The position numbers and the translations under genes are program-made. The notes under the pieces are model-generated. The model searched no databases. It saw nothing but the letters and a program-made list of their open reading frames with translations, and had not been told where the DNA came from. This document shows positions 10,566 to 21,583 of a stretch of DNA of 64,000 nt, piece by piece (the first letter of the stretch is position 1; every line of letters starts with the position of its first letter). This DNA is from Azolla caroliniana (Eukaryota > Plantae > Polypodiophyta): contig JBHGNT010000015.1 in the NCBI GenBank assembly GCA_043228905.1, positions 6,324,001-6,388,000 on the forward strand, given 5' to 3'.

Positions 10566-13500
10566 TTATAACATGGTCGTGTCAAGAGTTCGAATCTTGA
10601 CATTATCCCCCCTCTTACGCCGCCTTCCCAAATCGGCCGCTGGTTTGTGGGGATATCGGTGATGAAAATCTTGGACGACCTCTGGGGCATTTTGTAAATT
10701 TGCCGATGGTTCCCATGTGGCCTCAGACATGGGGTAACCCCTCCATAGGACGAGGTATTGCAAGTGTCGACGGTGCCAACGCGAGTCAAGGATTTGGTCG
10801 ACCTCGTATTCCTCCCCTGTCGTCAATTGCACAGGTGGTGGTGGTGGGGCTTGACGTCCTGGGAGTTGTGAAGCATAATGGGGTTCGAGGAGGGAGACAT
10901 GAAAAACATTGTGAATCCGGAAGTGGGATGGAAGGGCGAGCCGGAAGGCGACAGGATTGATGCACTCGATGATACGGAATGGTCCCAACTTCTTGTAATC
11001 AAGTTTCGCACATGGACGAGTAGTAGAGATGTGTCGACGTAACAACCAGACCATGTCTCCAACGACAAAGTGTGGAGTGGAAGATCGATGGCGATCAGCC
11101 TGCTTCTTGTATCGTTCATTAGCAAGACTAAGCTCCAAGGATAAATCATGATGTACTTCTTCCAAAATGCGGGCACGATCCTCCGCCAAAGGGTTCACGG
11201 AAGTGGTAGGAAGGGAAATGTTGAAGCGAGGATGTAAACCATAGTTGGCAAAGAAGGGAGTGACGCCAGTCGATGCATGGAGAGAATTATTGTAGGCGAA
11301 TTCCGCGAGCGAAAGTAAGTTGACCCAATCATCTTGTTGGTAACTAACCGAGCACCGAAGATACTGCTCAAGGATTTGGTTGACACGCTCCGTTTGCCCG
11401 TCAGTTTGGGGGTGATAAGCGGAGGACAACTTGACAGAGATGCCTAAAGTTTGTAGCAGGCGCTGCCAGAAGTGAGAGACAAACTGGGGTCCGTGATCCG
11501 AGATGACATCATCGGGGAGTCCATGCAAGCGTACTACATTGTTGAGTAGGAGATGCACCATGCCTTCTCCGGAAATGGTTTTGGAGCATGGAGTGAAGTG
11601 AGCCATCTTCGTAAACCGATCGACAATGACCAACACCGAGTCATAGCTATTGACCAAGGGTAGATCAGTTATCAGGTCCATAGAGATAGAGGCCCAAGGA
11701 CGACGAGGACATGGAAGCGGCTGTAGTAAGCCATATGGCCGATGATGAATGACTTTGGAGCGAGCACAAACCTCACAACTCTTTATGTATTCTTTGACCA
11801 GCTTCCATGGTTGTGGCCACCAATACCCCCGAGAGATTAACTCGAGGGTTTTCGCGACCCCGAAATGACCTGCAAGTGGGTCATCGTGGCATTCCCGCAA
11901 CACCCGGGTGCGACATGGGCCCTCTGGGACGTATAAGAGATGATCTCGGAACAACAAACCCTCTTGTATGGTGAAGGTGTCAAGATCCTTCCTTTTGGTC
12001 GCCTTGGAGGGGTTTTGCAGACTATCTCGAATCTCGTTGGCGAACGCATCGGTCTTGGATGCATCAGTGATTTGTTGGAGTAAAGAATCATCTTGCAACA
12101 TACAAGTGGCAAACATATGCAATTGGTCTGGTTTCAACAAACTTCTAGATTGTTGGGCATAAGCAGCATCCCCAGGGCGGAGTGCAAGGTCAGCTCGGCG
12201 AGAAAGGGCATCAGCCTTCCCATGTTGGCCACCAGGTCGAAATACAATCTCAAAATCGTAGTCAGCGAGAAATGTAGACCAACGGGCCTGCCTTCGATTC
12301 AAAGTACGAGTGGTGGAAAAATAAACTAAATTTTTATGATCAGTCACTACCTGGACACGATGTTGTGCGCCGGCCAAGTAGGGTCGCCATTCTTCAAAGG
12401 CAGCAATGATAGCAGCAAGCTCCTTGTCGTAAATGGGATAATTGATTTCGGATGCCGTAAATTTTCGGGAATAGTAAGCCACTGGGTGCATTAGGTTGTT
12501 GTCGTCTGCTTGGGATAAGATGGCGCCAATGGCAAAGTCAGAGGCATCGGTTTCGACTTGGAAGGGTTTTGTGGGGTCGGCATGTAGCAGCACCGGGGCA
12601 GTGATGAATGCGTGTTTGAGTGAGTCGAACGCATTTTGTGCCTCCGAGGTCCATAAAAATGGAGTGCCTTTATGGGTGAGAGCGATAAGAGGTTGTGCTA
12701 GGGTGGAAAACCCCTTGATGAAGCGACGGTAAAAATTTGCGAAGCCGAGGAAGGATTGCACATCTTTAAGTCGTCTTGGAGTCGCCCACGCCTGAATGAC
12801 AGAGACCTTCTTCATATCCATGGTGATGCCAGTGGGCGAGATGATGTAGCCCAGAAATTCGATCGAGGTACGGTCGAACTCGCATTTCTCGCCTTTGGCA
12901 TAAAGGCCATGCTCGCGAAGTTTGGCCAGAACTAATCGGACTTGGCGAGTGTGCTCCTCCATGTTTGGCGAGAAAATGAGAATATCATCGAGGTAAATGA
13001 CAACAAAAAGATCAAGATATTCCCGGAAAATATCGTTCATCATATGTTGAAAAACTGCGGGAGCGTTAGTAAGACCAAAAGGCATTACCTTGTATTCGAA
13101 ATGCCCATACCGTGTTCGAAATGCGGTTTTCCATTCATCCCCCGGCTTGATGCGTACTAGATTGTACGCGCCACGCAGATCAACTTTGGAGAAGACACGC
13201 GCAACTCGGAGCCGATCAAGGAGTTCGGGGATCAGAGGTAGCGGATAGCGGTTGCACACAGTGAGTTTGTTGAGACCTCGGTAGTCGACGCATAAGCGTA
13301 GAGAGCCGTCCTTCTTCTTCACAAATAAAATGGGGGCCCCGGTTGGTGACTTAGAAGGTTGAATAAAGCCTTTCGCGAGGTTCTCATCAAGATACACACG
13401 AAGGGCCTTCAACTCTGGTGCAGACAACGCATATAGAGGACCAAAGGGTGGACACGCACCTTCTTGAAGATCAATCGGACAGTCGTAGAGCCGGTGTTCA

Positions 13501-14114
13501 GGCAACCGATCAGCATTACATTTTTCAAATACGTCGGAGAAGTGTTGGTATTTTTCGGGAATAACATGGAGTGTGTTAGAAATGGCGCCACAAACAAACC
13601 CATCCTGGACGGATGATGGGGTAGTCAATTCGGAGTCGACCGTCTCCGAAGGATAGGAAACTGAATTTACCTTCATACTTTTGCACGAGCATCTTGGCTT
13701 GCTAAATGTGATCGAGCGGTTGCACCAATCTACTATTGGATTGTGCGCCTCCAACCACGTTAGTCCTAAGACGATCGGATGTCGAGGAGATGCGATGAGG
13801 TAAAAGGTGAGCTCCTCTTGGTGTGAGCCCACCCGAAGCCCTAATGGGATTGTAGCTTGAGTAATTGCACCTGACGAGAGGACGCACCCGTCGATGGCTT
13901 CAACTGGAATGGGTTTTGAGAGGCCAACGACAGGTACGCCATGTGCTTGGGCAAACGCGACGTCGATGAAGCAAGAAGATGCCCCAGAATCAAGTAAAGC
14001 AACAGACTGAATGGAACTAGAGTTAAACGAAAGCCATACCTCCAATGTGAAATTGCCTGATGGTCCGGCAATGGAACCAAGAGAATGTGGGCGATGGGAG
14101 ATGTCCAGTTGCAT
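10566..14114 (-). CDS. pol: Pol: protease, RT, RNase H, integrase, chromodomain (probably made as Gag-Pol by a -1 frameshift at about 14141-14147)
   Basis: LLDSGA; YLDD; ETDASD...TDHKNL; HDDPLAGH...CEVC; SMDLIT...HPQTDGQTE; GPF motif; EYEVDQILDSR...YLVLWRGY...TWEP chromodomain. Confidence 0.96.
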   Translation of the reverse strand: MQLDISHRPHSLGSIAGPSGNFTLEVWLSFNSSSIQSVALLDSGASSCFIDVAFAQAHGVPVVGLSKPIPVEAIDGCVLSSGAITQATIPLGLRVGSHQEELTFYLIASPRHPIVLGLTWLEAHNPIVDWCNRSITFSKPRCSCKSMKVNSVSYPSETVDSELTTPSSVQDGFVCGAISNTLHVIPEKYQHFSDVFEKCNADRLPEHRLYDCPIDLQEGACPPFGPLYALSAPELKALRVYLDENLAKGFIQPSKSPTGAPILFVKKKDGSLRLCVDYRGLNKLTVCNRYPLPLIPELLDRLRVARVFSKVDLRGAYNLVRIKPGDEWKTAFRTRYGHFEYKVMPFGLTNAPAVFQHMMNDIFREYLDLFVVIYLDDILIFSPNMEEHTRQVRLVLAKLREHGLYAKGEKCEFDRTSIEFLGYIISPTGITMDMKKVSVIQAWATPRRLKDVQSFLGFANFYRRFIKGFSTLAQPLIALTHKGTPFLWTSEAQNAFDSLKHAFITAPVLLHADPTKPFQVETDASDFAIGAILSQADDNNLMHPVAYYSRKFTASEINYPIYDKELAAIIAAFEEWRPYLAGAQHRVQVVTDHKNLVYFSTTRTLNRRQARWSTFLADYDFEIVFRPGGQHGKADALSRRADLALRPGDAAYAQQSRSLLKPDQLHMFATCMLQDDSLLQQITDASKTDAFANEIRDSLQNPSKATKRKDLDTFTIQEGLLFRDHLLYVPEGPCRTRVLRECHDDPLAGHFGVAKTLELISRGYWWPQPWKLVKEYIKSCEVCARSKVIHHRPYGLLQPLPCPRRPWASISMDLITDLPLVNSYDSVLVIVDRFTKMAHFTPCSKTISGEGMVHLLLNNVVRLHGLPDDVISDHGPQFVSHFWQRLLQTLGISVKLSSAYHPQTDGQTERVNQILEQYLRCSVSYQQDDWVNLLSLAEFAYNNSLHASTGVTPFFANYGLHPRFNISLPTTSVNPLAEDRARILEEVHHDLSLELSLANERYKKQADRHRSSTPHFVVGDMVWLLRRHISTTRPCAKLDYKKLGPFRIIECINPVAFRLALPSHFRIHNVFHVSLLEPHYASQLPGRQAPPPPPVQLTTGEEYEVDQILDSRWHRRHLQYLVLWRGYPMSEATWEPSANLQNAPEVVQDFHHRYPHKPAADLGRRRKRGDNVKIRTLDTTML

Positions 14115-14119
14115 GGCTT

Positions 14120-15136
14120 CTACTGCAACTGAACGATGTCGTTTTCCGGATGTTTGGGTCCGTTAGCTCGATGGAATTGTGGGCGAGTACTCCTAGGACA
14201 ATGGCGAACGACATGACCGGAGGCGCCACAATACATGCACAAGACATTAGCCCGTCGAAATTGTCGTTCAGCATCAGTCAATGGCCGAAATCGGGCTTGA
14301 TCAATTTCCATGGGGACAGGAGCATCTGCCGAAGTAGGCGAGTGTGAGGATGCTTGGGGTTGTATGACCGGGGCGTGGCGTGGAAGTGAATGAGGTGGAA
14401 CCCAAGTCCGGCGCTCTTCTTGGCGAAATTCGAAAAGACGATTGTCACAATGGACTGCTTGTGAAATCGCTTGGGATAACGAGGTGGGCTCCGGAAAGTT
14501 TAAGAGAAGATTCTTGACATTGCTTCGAAGACCGCGCCGAAAGTGATCAACTAAAGCTTGATCATCCCAATTGACGTCGCATGCTAGTTGTCGAAATTCG
14601 GAAGCATAGACCGAAGCTGCACGTGAACCTTGTTCGAGTGCATAAATCTTGTTAAGAGCTGTACGTCGTCGGTCCATCTCTCCAAATGTGGCCTCTAACT
14701 CGGCGAGGAAGGCGGGAAAGTCCTCCAATAAAGGTGATGAGGTTTCTACCAATGGTGCAAACCAAGCTTGGGCCGGACCGGAGAGAAGGGTGCCCACAAG
14801 ACCGACTTGTCGAAGACCATCTCCATAACGTTGAGGTTGTAGCCGAATGATAAGTCGAACTTGGTTGATGAACCCTCGGAAACGCGACCTCGTTCCATCA
14901 AATTTTTCTGGGAGGCTAACCTTAGGCTCAAGAAACTGTGACGAAGCTAGGCTAGATGTTGGTAAAAGATCGGGCTCTAGGCTAGGTTGTTGTGGGAGAC
15001 TAGGGTTCGGGGGTTGTGAGGATAAGGAGGTACCGACTTGAAGTTCTTGTAAAGAATTTCGAAGAGCTTCATTTTCAAGCTGTAGTTGTTGTAAGGCTAC
15101 CATTATTTGGCCTAACTCACTAGTTGAGTCGGACAT
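14120..15136 (-). CDS. gag: Gag (PEG10/sushi/Tcn1-like capsid with a CCHC zinc knuckle)
   Basis: EPKVSLPEKFDG; PVPMEID; CMYCGASGHVVRHC. Confidence 0.95.
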   Translation of the reverse strand: MSDSTSELGQIMVALQQLQLENEALRNSLQELQVGTSLSSQPPNPSLPQQPSLEPDLLPTSSLASSQFLEPKVSLPEKFDGTRSRFRGFINQVRLIIRLQPQRYGDGLRQVGLVGTLLSGPAQAWFAPLVETSSPLLEDFPAFLAELEATFGEMDRRRTALNKIYALEQGSRAASVYASEFRQLACDVNWDDQALVDHFRRGLRSNVKNLLLNFPEPTSLSQAISQAVHCDNRLFEFRQEERRTWVPPHSLPRHAPVIQPQASSHSPTSADAPVPMEIDQARFRPLTDAERQFRRANVLCMYCGASGHVVRHCPRSTRPQFHRANGPKHPENDIVQLQ

Positions 15137-15173
15137 AGCTATGGCTTATGAGAGGGAGAGCTATGAGGATGGG

Positions 15174-15184
15174 AAGGTGAACAA
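15174..15184 (-). promoter_or_regulatory. Self-priming PBS (11 nt, non-tRNA)
   Basis: TTGTTCACCTT lies 2 nt after the 5' LTR and is complementary to AAGGTGAACAA (15279-15289), which starts 32 nt after TATAAATA in the LTR. Confidence 0.85.
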
Positions 15185-15649
15185 ACTGTCACGGATCATA
15201 AACTCAAGAGACAACCAAGAAGATAACCAAATGGACAAGAAAGAAGATAGTACTAAAGGAAAGACTCCATAACTGGTGTTGTTCACCTTGAATTCCTTCC
15301 AGGTGAACTCCTCTATTTATACTACATGGCATGCACACTTGTTGCACGCATGTGAATCTACAATAGAGCATGTAGGTATGCATGCACGTGCCAAGTGTAA
15401 ATACTACAAGGGAGCAACTATGCACATGATGCTAGCAAAATAATAAGGACCAATTACATACATAACTAGTACTAGATATCTTGGTTAACTCATAATAGTA
15501 GATTATAACATGGTCGTGTCAAGAGTTCGAATCTTGACACGGATGACCATCCTGTATTCAGCTCGTCAACTTGATTGTCGTCTTCTTCTTTGACCTCTAC
15601 TGTCGAATTCTTCCATAGGAGGGACAAATTCCTAACAAACTCCCCCTTG

Positions 15650-18477
15650 ACTCCTATGGGCGAAGTCAGCTAGTCCTGTCTTCTATCAACAAACTATGAG
15701 TCTGTCCATGGGTAGGTTCTTCATGAGCATGTCGGATCCATTATCATCATTATGGATCTTCACAATGGTAAACTCTCCCTCATCCACCTTCTCTCATAAC
15801 CAGTGATACCTTCTTTGTATGTGCTTAGTTTGAGATTGATACACAACGTTCTTTGCTAGATGTATGGTGCTCTGATTATCAAAACGGAGCAAGAATTCTC
15901 CTTGCTTCATTCCCAGTTCATTGAGAAAGCTCTTCATCCATATTAGCTCCTTACCAGCCTCTATAGCAGCCATACATTCTGCTTCTATGGTTGACAAAGC
16001 CATAGTCTTCTGTAGGCTTGACTACCATGACACTGCTCCCCCTACATAGGTCATCAGATAACTTGATGCGAATCGGCTTCAGTCTACGTCCCTCGACATG
16101 TCTAAATCGGTAAAACCTTCGAGCATAGGTCTTCGAAAACCATACCTAAGGCATACCGTTGAGGTGCCTTTCAAGTACATGAGTATCCACTTTATTGTTG
16201 CCCATTGTTTTTTCCCTAGATTACTCATGTATTGGCTCACCGTTCCGAGTACAAATGTTATGTCTGGTCTCGTATAGACCATAACATACATCAAACTACC
16301 AATAGTCGAGGCATACGGTAGTTCCTCATCTCGGCCTTGTCCTTCTCCCCTTTTGGGCATTGCTTGGCATTCAGCTTGCAGTTTGTCGGCAATGTAGAAC
16401 TGATTGGTTTTGCTTCTGACATGTTAAATCTTTTTAGGACTTTTGCCACGTACTTCTCTTGTGACAACCATAGCATCTTCTTAATTCTGTCTCGAACTAC
16501 GTGCATCCCCAAAATCAGTTTAGCCGGTCCAAGATCTTTCATGGCAAACAATTTGCCTAATGCTTTTGTCAAGCTCATGATCTTCTTTGTGTCTTGTTCG
16601 ACTATTAACATGTCATCAACATATAATAGGCGAATGAAGAGGTCACCTTCATCATACCTTTTTACAAACACACAATGATTAACTTGTGTTTTATGGAACC
16701 CATCTTCCAACATGAAGGATTCAAACTTCTTGTGCCTTTGGTGTGGAGCTTGTTTTAAACCGTAGTTGAGCTTTTCTTCAGTCGACACACTAGATTCTCT
16801 TTTCCTTTCTCTACAAAGCCTTCGAGCTGCTGCATATAGATTTCTTCATCTAATTCTCCATGCAAAAATGTTGTCTTGACATCTAACTATTCAATCTCCA
16901 AATCCACACTGGTAGCTATGCTTAGAACAATTCGAATGGATGTCATCTTCACGACTGGTGCAAAGATCTCATCAAAATCGACACCCTTTTTCTATTGAAA
17001 ACCCTTCACCACAATGTGGGGCTTATATCTAGGTGTGCTGCCATCTTCTCCAATTTTCACCTTGTAGACCCATATATTTTTGTCAAATGCTCTCTTACCT
17101 TCCGATAGCTCAACCAGGTCGTAGGTGTAATTTTCATGCAAGGAATCCATTTCGTCTTGCATTGCACTCAACCATTTCTCTTCATGCTAAAAAACTATCA
17201 CTTCATCATAACATTCCGACTCAGGTTCATAAGTCAAGAGGATATATTGACTGACATATCGTGTGAGTGCTTTCCTTTCTCTTAGTGGATATCTCATGAC
17301 TCCCCTTGTCGGCTGAGGTTTGGATGTTCCTTCCGACTCTTCATTCTGCTCGGGTTCATACATGTCGATCGGTTTCTGAAGGTCAACTAACTCCAACTCA
17401 TATTCCTCAATTGACTTCAGTAGGTCATTCGACTCCGACTCCAACTCAAATGTGTTTGCCGGTTGCTCCGAGTTGACCGACTCGGATTTGGTTGTTTCGA
17501 CTAGTTGTCTCCTCACACAACCGACTATGTCAGGTCGACTGGTCCTATGTTCAAGTTTGTGGGAGTCAACTGGAAGCCTGTTCCGACTTTTGTTGTTTCC
17601 AGTCCTCAATTGTCTTATCTTCCATGAACACAATATCCATACTCCTGAACACCTTCTTATCAAGAAGATCCCACAGCCTGTGCCGAACTCATCCTCCGAG
17701 TACCCAGGAATATGCATGGTTTCAACTTGATGTCGAGCTTCGACCCTTAATCCGTAGCTACATCTATATATACCAAGAATTTGAACACCCCTAGGTGTTG
17801 GTAAGAGACATCTTTACCTATCCACACCCTCTGTGGGACATCCCCTTTCAGAGGCACCGAGGGAGGCCTGTTGATCAGATAAACAACCGTGTACATTGCC
17901 TCAGCCCAATACGATTTCGGTAGCTTTGCATGCGATAGCATGCTCTTCACTCTTTCTATGATTGTTAGATTCATCCTCTCTACAAGCCCATTCAACTTGG
18001 GGGTTTTTGGCACTGTGTATTCGACTCAAATAGATTGGGACTTGCAGTATTATTCAAATTGTCCTCTATACTCGCCCTCAATTGTCTGTTCAGACAACCT
18101 TCAGCTTTCGGCCCGACTATCTTTCAGCTCTAGCCTGGAACTCCTTGAAGAACGACAATAGTTGATCCTTTGACTTTAGTCTGAAAGCCCACAACTTTCG
18201 ATTGTAGTCGTTAATGACTGTTACAAAGAACTGTCCACCACGATGCGATGCGGCATCCACATAGCACACGTATGTGTGTACTAGTTCTAGTGCAACTTCT
18301 TTTGTCCTTGATGGTCTTGAGTGGAATGATACTCTATTCTGCTTTCTGACCAAGCAGTCGACACATCTCTCTAACCGCAGTCCTTTTACTTCTGGTCGGC
18401 TAGGATATGCATTCCTTTTTCGCTCATGTGGGCAAGCCTCTCGTGCCATATCTCTCCACTCAAGCCGATTGCCACGT
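15650..18477 (-). pseudogene. pol: Copia A pol: integrase, RT, RNase H (degenerate)
   Basis: PKTPKLNGLVERMN; YGLKQAP; LLYVDDML; ALSTIEAE; many stops and frameshifts. Confidence 0.92.
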
Positions 18478-19155
18478 TGTCGTGGGGAAAACCGGCCACA
18501 AGAAGAAACAGAGACCAAAGGTGTGTGAACTGCCGTGTGCACAGATGCACACAAATTGTAAATAATCTAAGACTAGGTTAGGCCGGCGTAATGAATAAGG
18601 CATTGATAGGACAGATTTAACATGGGATTAAATCGAACAAATCTTTGTCCGAAGCGGCAGAGAATAAAAGCATGATGTAACAACCCCTTCCCCTCCTTGG
18701 CCAATAAAAGGAGGGAGAGAGGACTGAGTAGGGATCGCATGTTTAGGGAGAACGAAGTGCTATCGGGCCGGGAACCGAGCACCCATTCTCTGTTTTGCTC
18801 TCTTAGGTCGGATGCCTCTGCTCGAGTAGGAAGCCCGTGTGATCCCGATGGAGGCTCCACGTTGTATTTCGGTGACTAGAGTGTGTGTTGCTTGTTGTGA
18901 TCGTGGCTCAGTTCCCAGTTGGGCTGATTATAATTTCTTTGCCTTCTAATTGATTGTTGGTATCCATTTTGTTGTCCATTTAGCTTGGTGCTCTGATCCC
19001 GACTGAACCGGTAGTGTTGTGTGCCTCTCGATACTCGACGCCTTATGCACCTTCTGTCTATCTTGTGCTAATTCTCCTTCTTAAGCTCTTCAGTCTAAGC
19101 TCCCCGTGGTCCTGCCTAGCTTCACACACGTACCCGCGGAATACCGCGACATCTT

Positions 19156-19173
19156 TGGTGAACCCGACGTGAA
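19156..19173 (+). promoter_or_regulatory. PBS complementary to the plant tRNA-Trp 3' end
   Basis: TGGTGAACCCGACGTGAA is the complement of ...TTCACGTCGGGTTCACCA (plant tRNA-Trp-CCA, recalled from memory). Confidence 0.85.
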
Positions 19174-19196
19174 CAAGGCGGTAGAGGAGTGTGAAG

Positions 19197-21321
19197 ATGA
19201 GGGGAATTGAACTCGCTGAAGCCATGGCGGCAGTAGTAGACCGATTGGTGAATGGTCATGAAGGTACGGGTGCCCTCGACAGGGCCATGGAAATGATCGT
19301 CGGCACAATAGGCCAGTTTGAAGGTAAGAATGCAACAAGGTATCTCGAGGCCTATCGGGCTGAAATGATAATGAGGGACATCTCGGAGGACCGAAGACTG
19401 TCAGGATTCTCTCAGGTGGTGACGCCGAGCATCCATGTGGAGGTGCTCGAGGTGTAGGCTGGTTGCCAGACTTGGGAGGAGTTCGAAGGATGACTTCTTG
19501 AGAGGTACGGGTTCAATGACTCTCTCCGGTTGTCGAAGCAGGAGTTTATGGAATGGGTCGAAAGTCCTGGAAAGGGGAGGAACACATTGGTGCTCCTTCA
19601 AGAGTTCGAGAAATAGTTTGCTCGGCTCTCAGCGTTGGACAAGATCGTGCTCGACACGAGCCGTGTCCTGCTGTTCATCAAGTCTGTGGATGCGTAGGAT
19701 CGGGAGAAGGTGGGTCTCCTATTGGAAATAGATGATGGGCTCACGACCGACTGGGCCATGGTAAAAAGGGTCTTCAGCCGTTTCAACAAACTGTGTGAGT
19801 GGAGAGAAGAGGGCCCATCGGCAGCAAGACCGATGGTGGGGAGACAACTTGAAGAACCGATTCCGGCTCGAACGGAAGAGACGCGAAGGTGGATTGAGTC
19901 CAACACGGTCTCGATTGATGTGGTGAAGGGCCTGTCCGGAGGCATGACCCTAGAAGAGCTCACTAAGATGGTATGGGACCTCCAGATCACGCAGGCCTGG
20001 AGAGACAGTGGGGGACAGTCGCATGACTGAATGCCTCTGGTCGACCAACAATGTATGTGGTGCGACATAGTTGGCCACACCCGAAGAGACTACACGGATT
20101 TTACTGAGGCACTTAGAAGCAATGTGGTGTACCTACGGAATGGGTAGGTGCACGTGAGTGAGACTCGGGAAGCCTTGGGATGGAATACCGGTCGGGATGG
20201 AATGAAACGATTAATGGAAGAAGTCGCGGTGCGACACGCTGAGGCCATCCATTATTCGACATCTGTTGGTATCCAGGTCAGAAGTGACAATAGCCTGAAA
20301 TCGAAAGACTCTAGGTTGTGGCCACTAGTGTTGGAAGGTCTTTCTGGACTATGGTTGAGCAAGGGAGAAGTAGACCGCGCGGAGAAGCGGGTTCGGGAGG
20401 TTACGGGGTGTAACGATTCGGTCAAGGAGAAGACCGGTTTCGTGGAAGCGGCCTGCTAGAACTACGAGGTTCTAGTGGAAGATAAGTGAGCGGGAAAGGG
20501 CAGAGGAGTCGGACCCTCTGGCTGGTACGAGACGTGGAGCGTGTTGAAGAGAAATGACGCCGACGGTCCCAGCTCAGAGGAAAGACTGAAACCGGTGGGC
20601 TACGAGCTAGGCTCAAAAATAGAGAAGACGACGGACTTACGGAAAGTCCTTGAAGAACGAATCCTTGGCAGCAGGGTGGAGTTGTCTCTAAGGGAAGTGT
20701 TGGGAATCGCCAAGGAGTCCCACGACTCCATCATAGACTTGGTGATGCGTATTTAAGGCTCACGATGGAGCCGGAACCGGAAAAGCCCGTGGAAGTGCGA
20801 ATGACGTACTTAGATGATGCGGCCGTCGAAAATGAATTGGCGAATAGCCACTACTCGAAGCTACATTGGGCGAGAGAGACTACGAAGACCCCTGTCCGGA
20901 TCGGGAACGTTCAAGAGCCAGTGGTGGCCCTAATAGACCATAGATCTGAAATCAACCTGATGTCAATGGATTTCTACAAAAAGGGGAAGTGGCTGATTAA
21001 CACCAAGCACGAGTGGAAAATACGTGCAACTATGCGCGCTATAGAGTAGCTACACGGGGCATGCCCGAATGTACGTGTGAAGATTGGCGATGTCGAGATC
21101 GATCAACACTTTTTTGTGGAGGAGACTTCCTCGCATCTGGTGATCCTCGGCAAACGATACATTATGGTGGCCCGTATGGAGACCAAGTGCTAGACAACGG
21201 TGTGGCGTACGCGCGGGTGAAGAGCCAAGACAAGCGTCACTCCGTCCAATTTTTGATTGTGCGACTGAACCATCAGCATAACCGCGAATCTCTCGGCAGC
21301 AACGACCGAGAGGATTTTTAG
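19197..21321 (+). pseudogene. gag: Gypsy G gag-protease (degenerate)
   Basis: FEGKNATRYLEAY; CMWCDIVGH zinc-knuckle remnant; ALIDHRSEINLM (decayed protease); ends GAG GAT TTT TAG. Confidence 0.8.
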
Positions 21322-21583
21322 AGAGGACTATCAAGGCGTGGGGCCGCAATAGTCCGGACACCCCGGAGCAACCCCACACGTGTACCATAGATAGGAAATT
21401 TTGGTTCTCCGACAATGGAGGTTGTATTATAACCGGCGTCAGAGGCTAGGAAAAGAAGCGGGTCGAAGAGCGTTTAAGGGTGTGCGGTGCCCTTAGCCCC
21501 GAAGACGAGATGAGGAGGTTGTATTATAACCAGCGTCAGAGGCTGGGAAAAGAAGCGGGTCGAAGATCGTTTAAGGGCGTGCA

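Larger units (their letters stand above)
10250..15539 (-). mobile_element. Intact Tcn1-like chromovirus (Ty3/gypsy) LTR retrotransposon
   Basis: 353-bp LTRs (10250-10602, 15187-15539) with one visible mismatch; perfect TSD CGGAT (10245-10249, 15540-15544); PPT AAGAGGGGGGATAA (10603-10616); uninterrupted gag and pol. Confidence 0.97.

Noticed and set aside
10545-10602. A functional tRNA gene
   Set aside because: No acceptor stem or anticodon arm can be folded; kept only as a tRNA-like promoter module.
14120-15136. A domesticated PEG10/RTL1-like host gene
   Set aside because: It is flanked by near-identical LTRs and a TSD, so it is the gag of a recent insertion.
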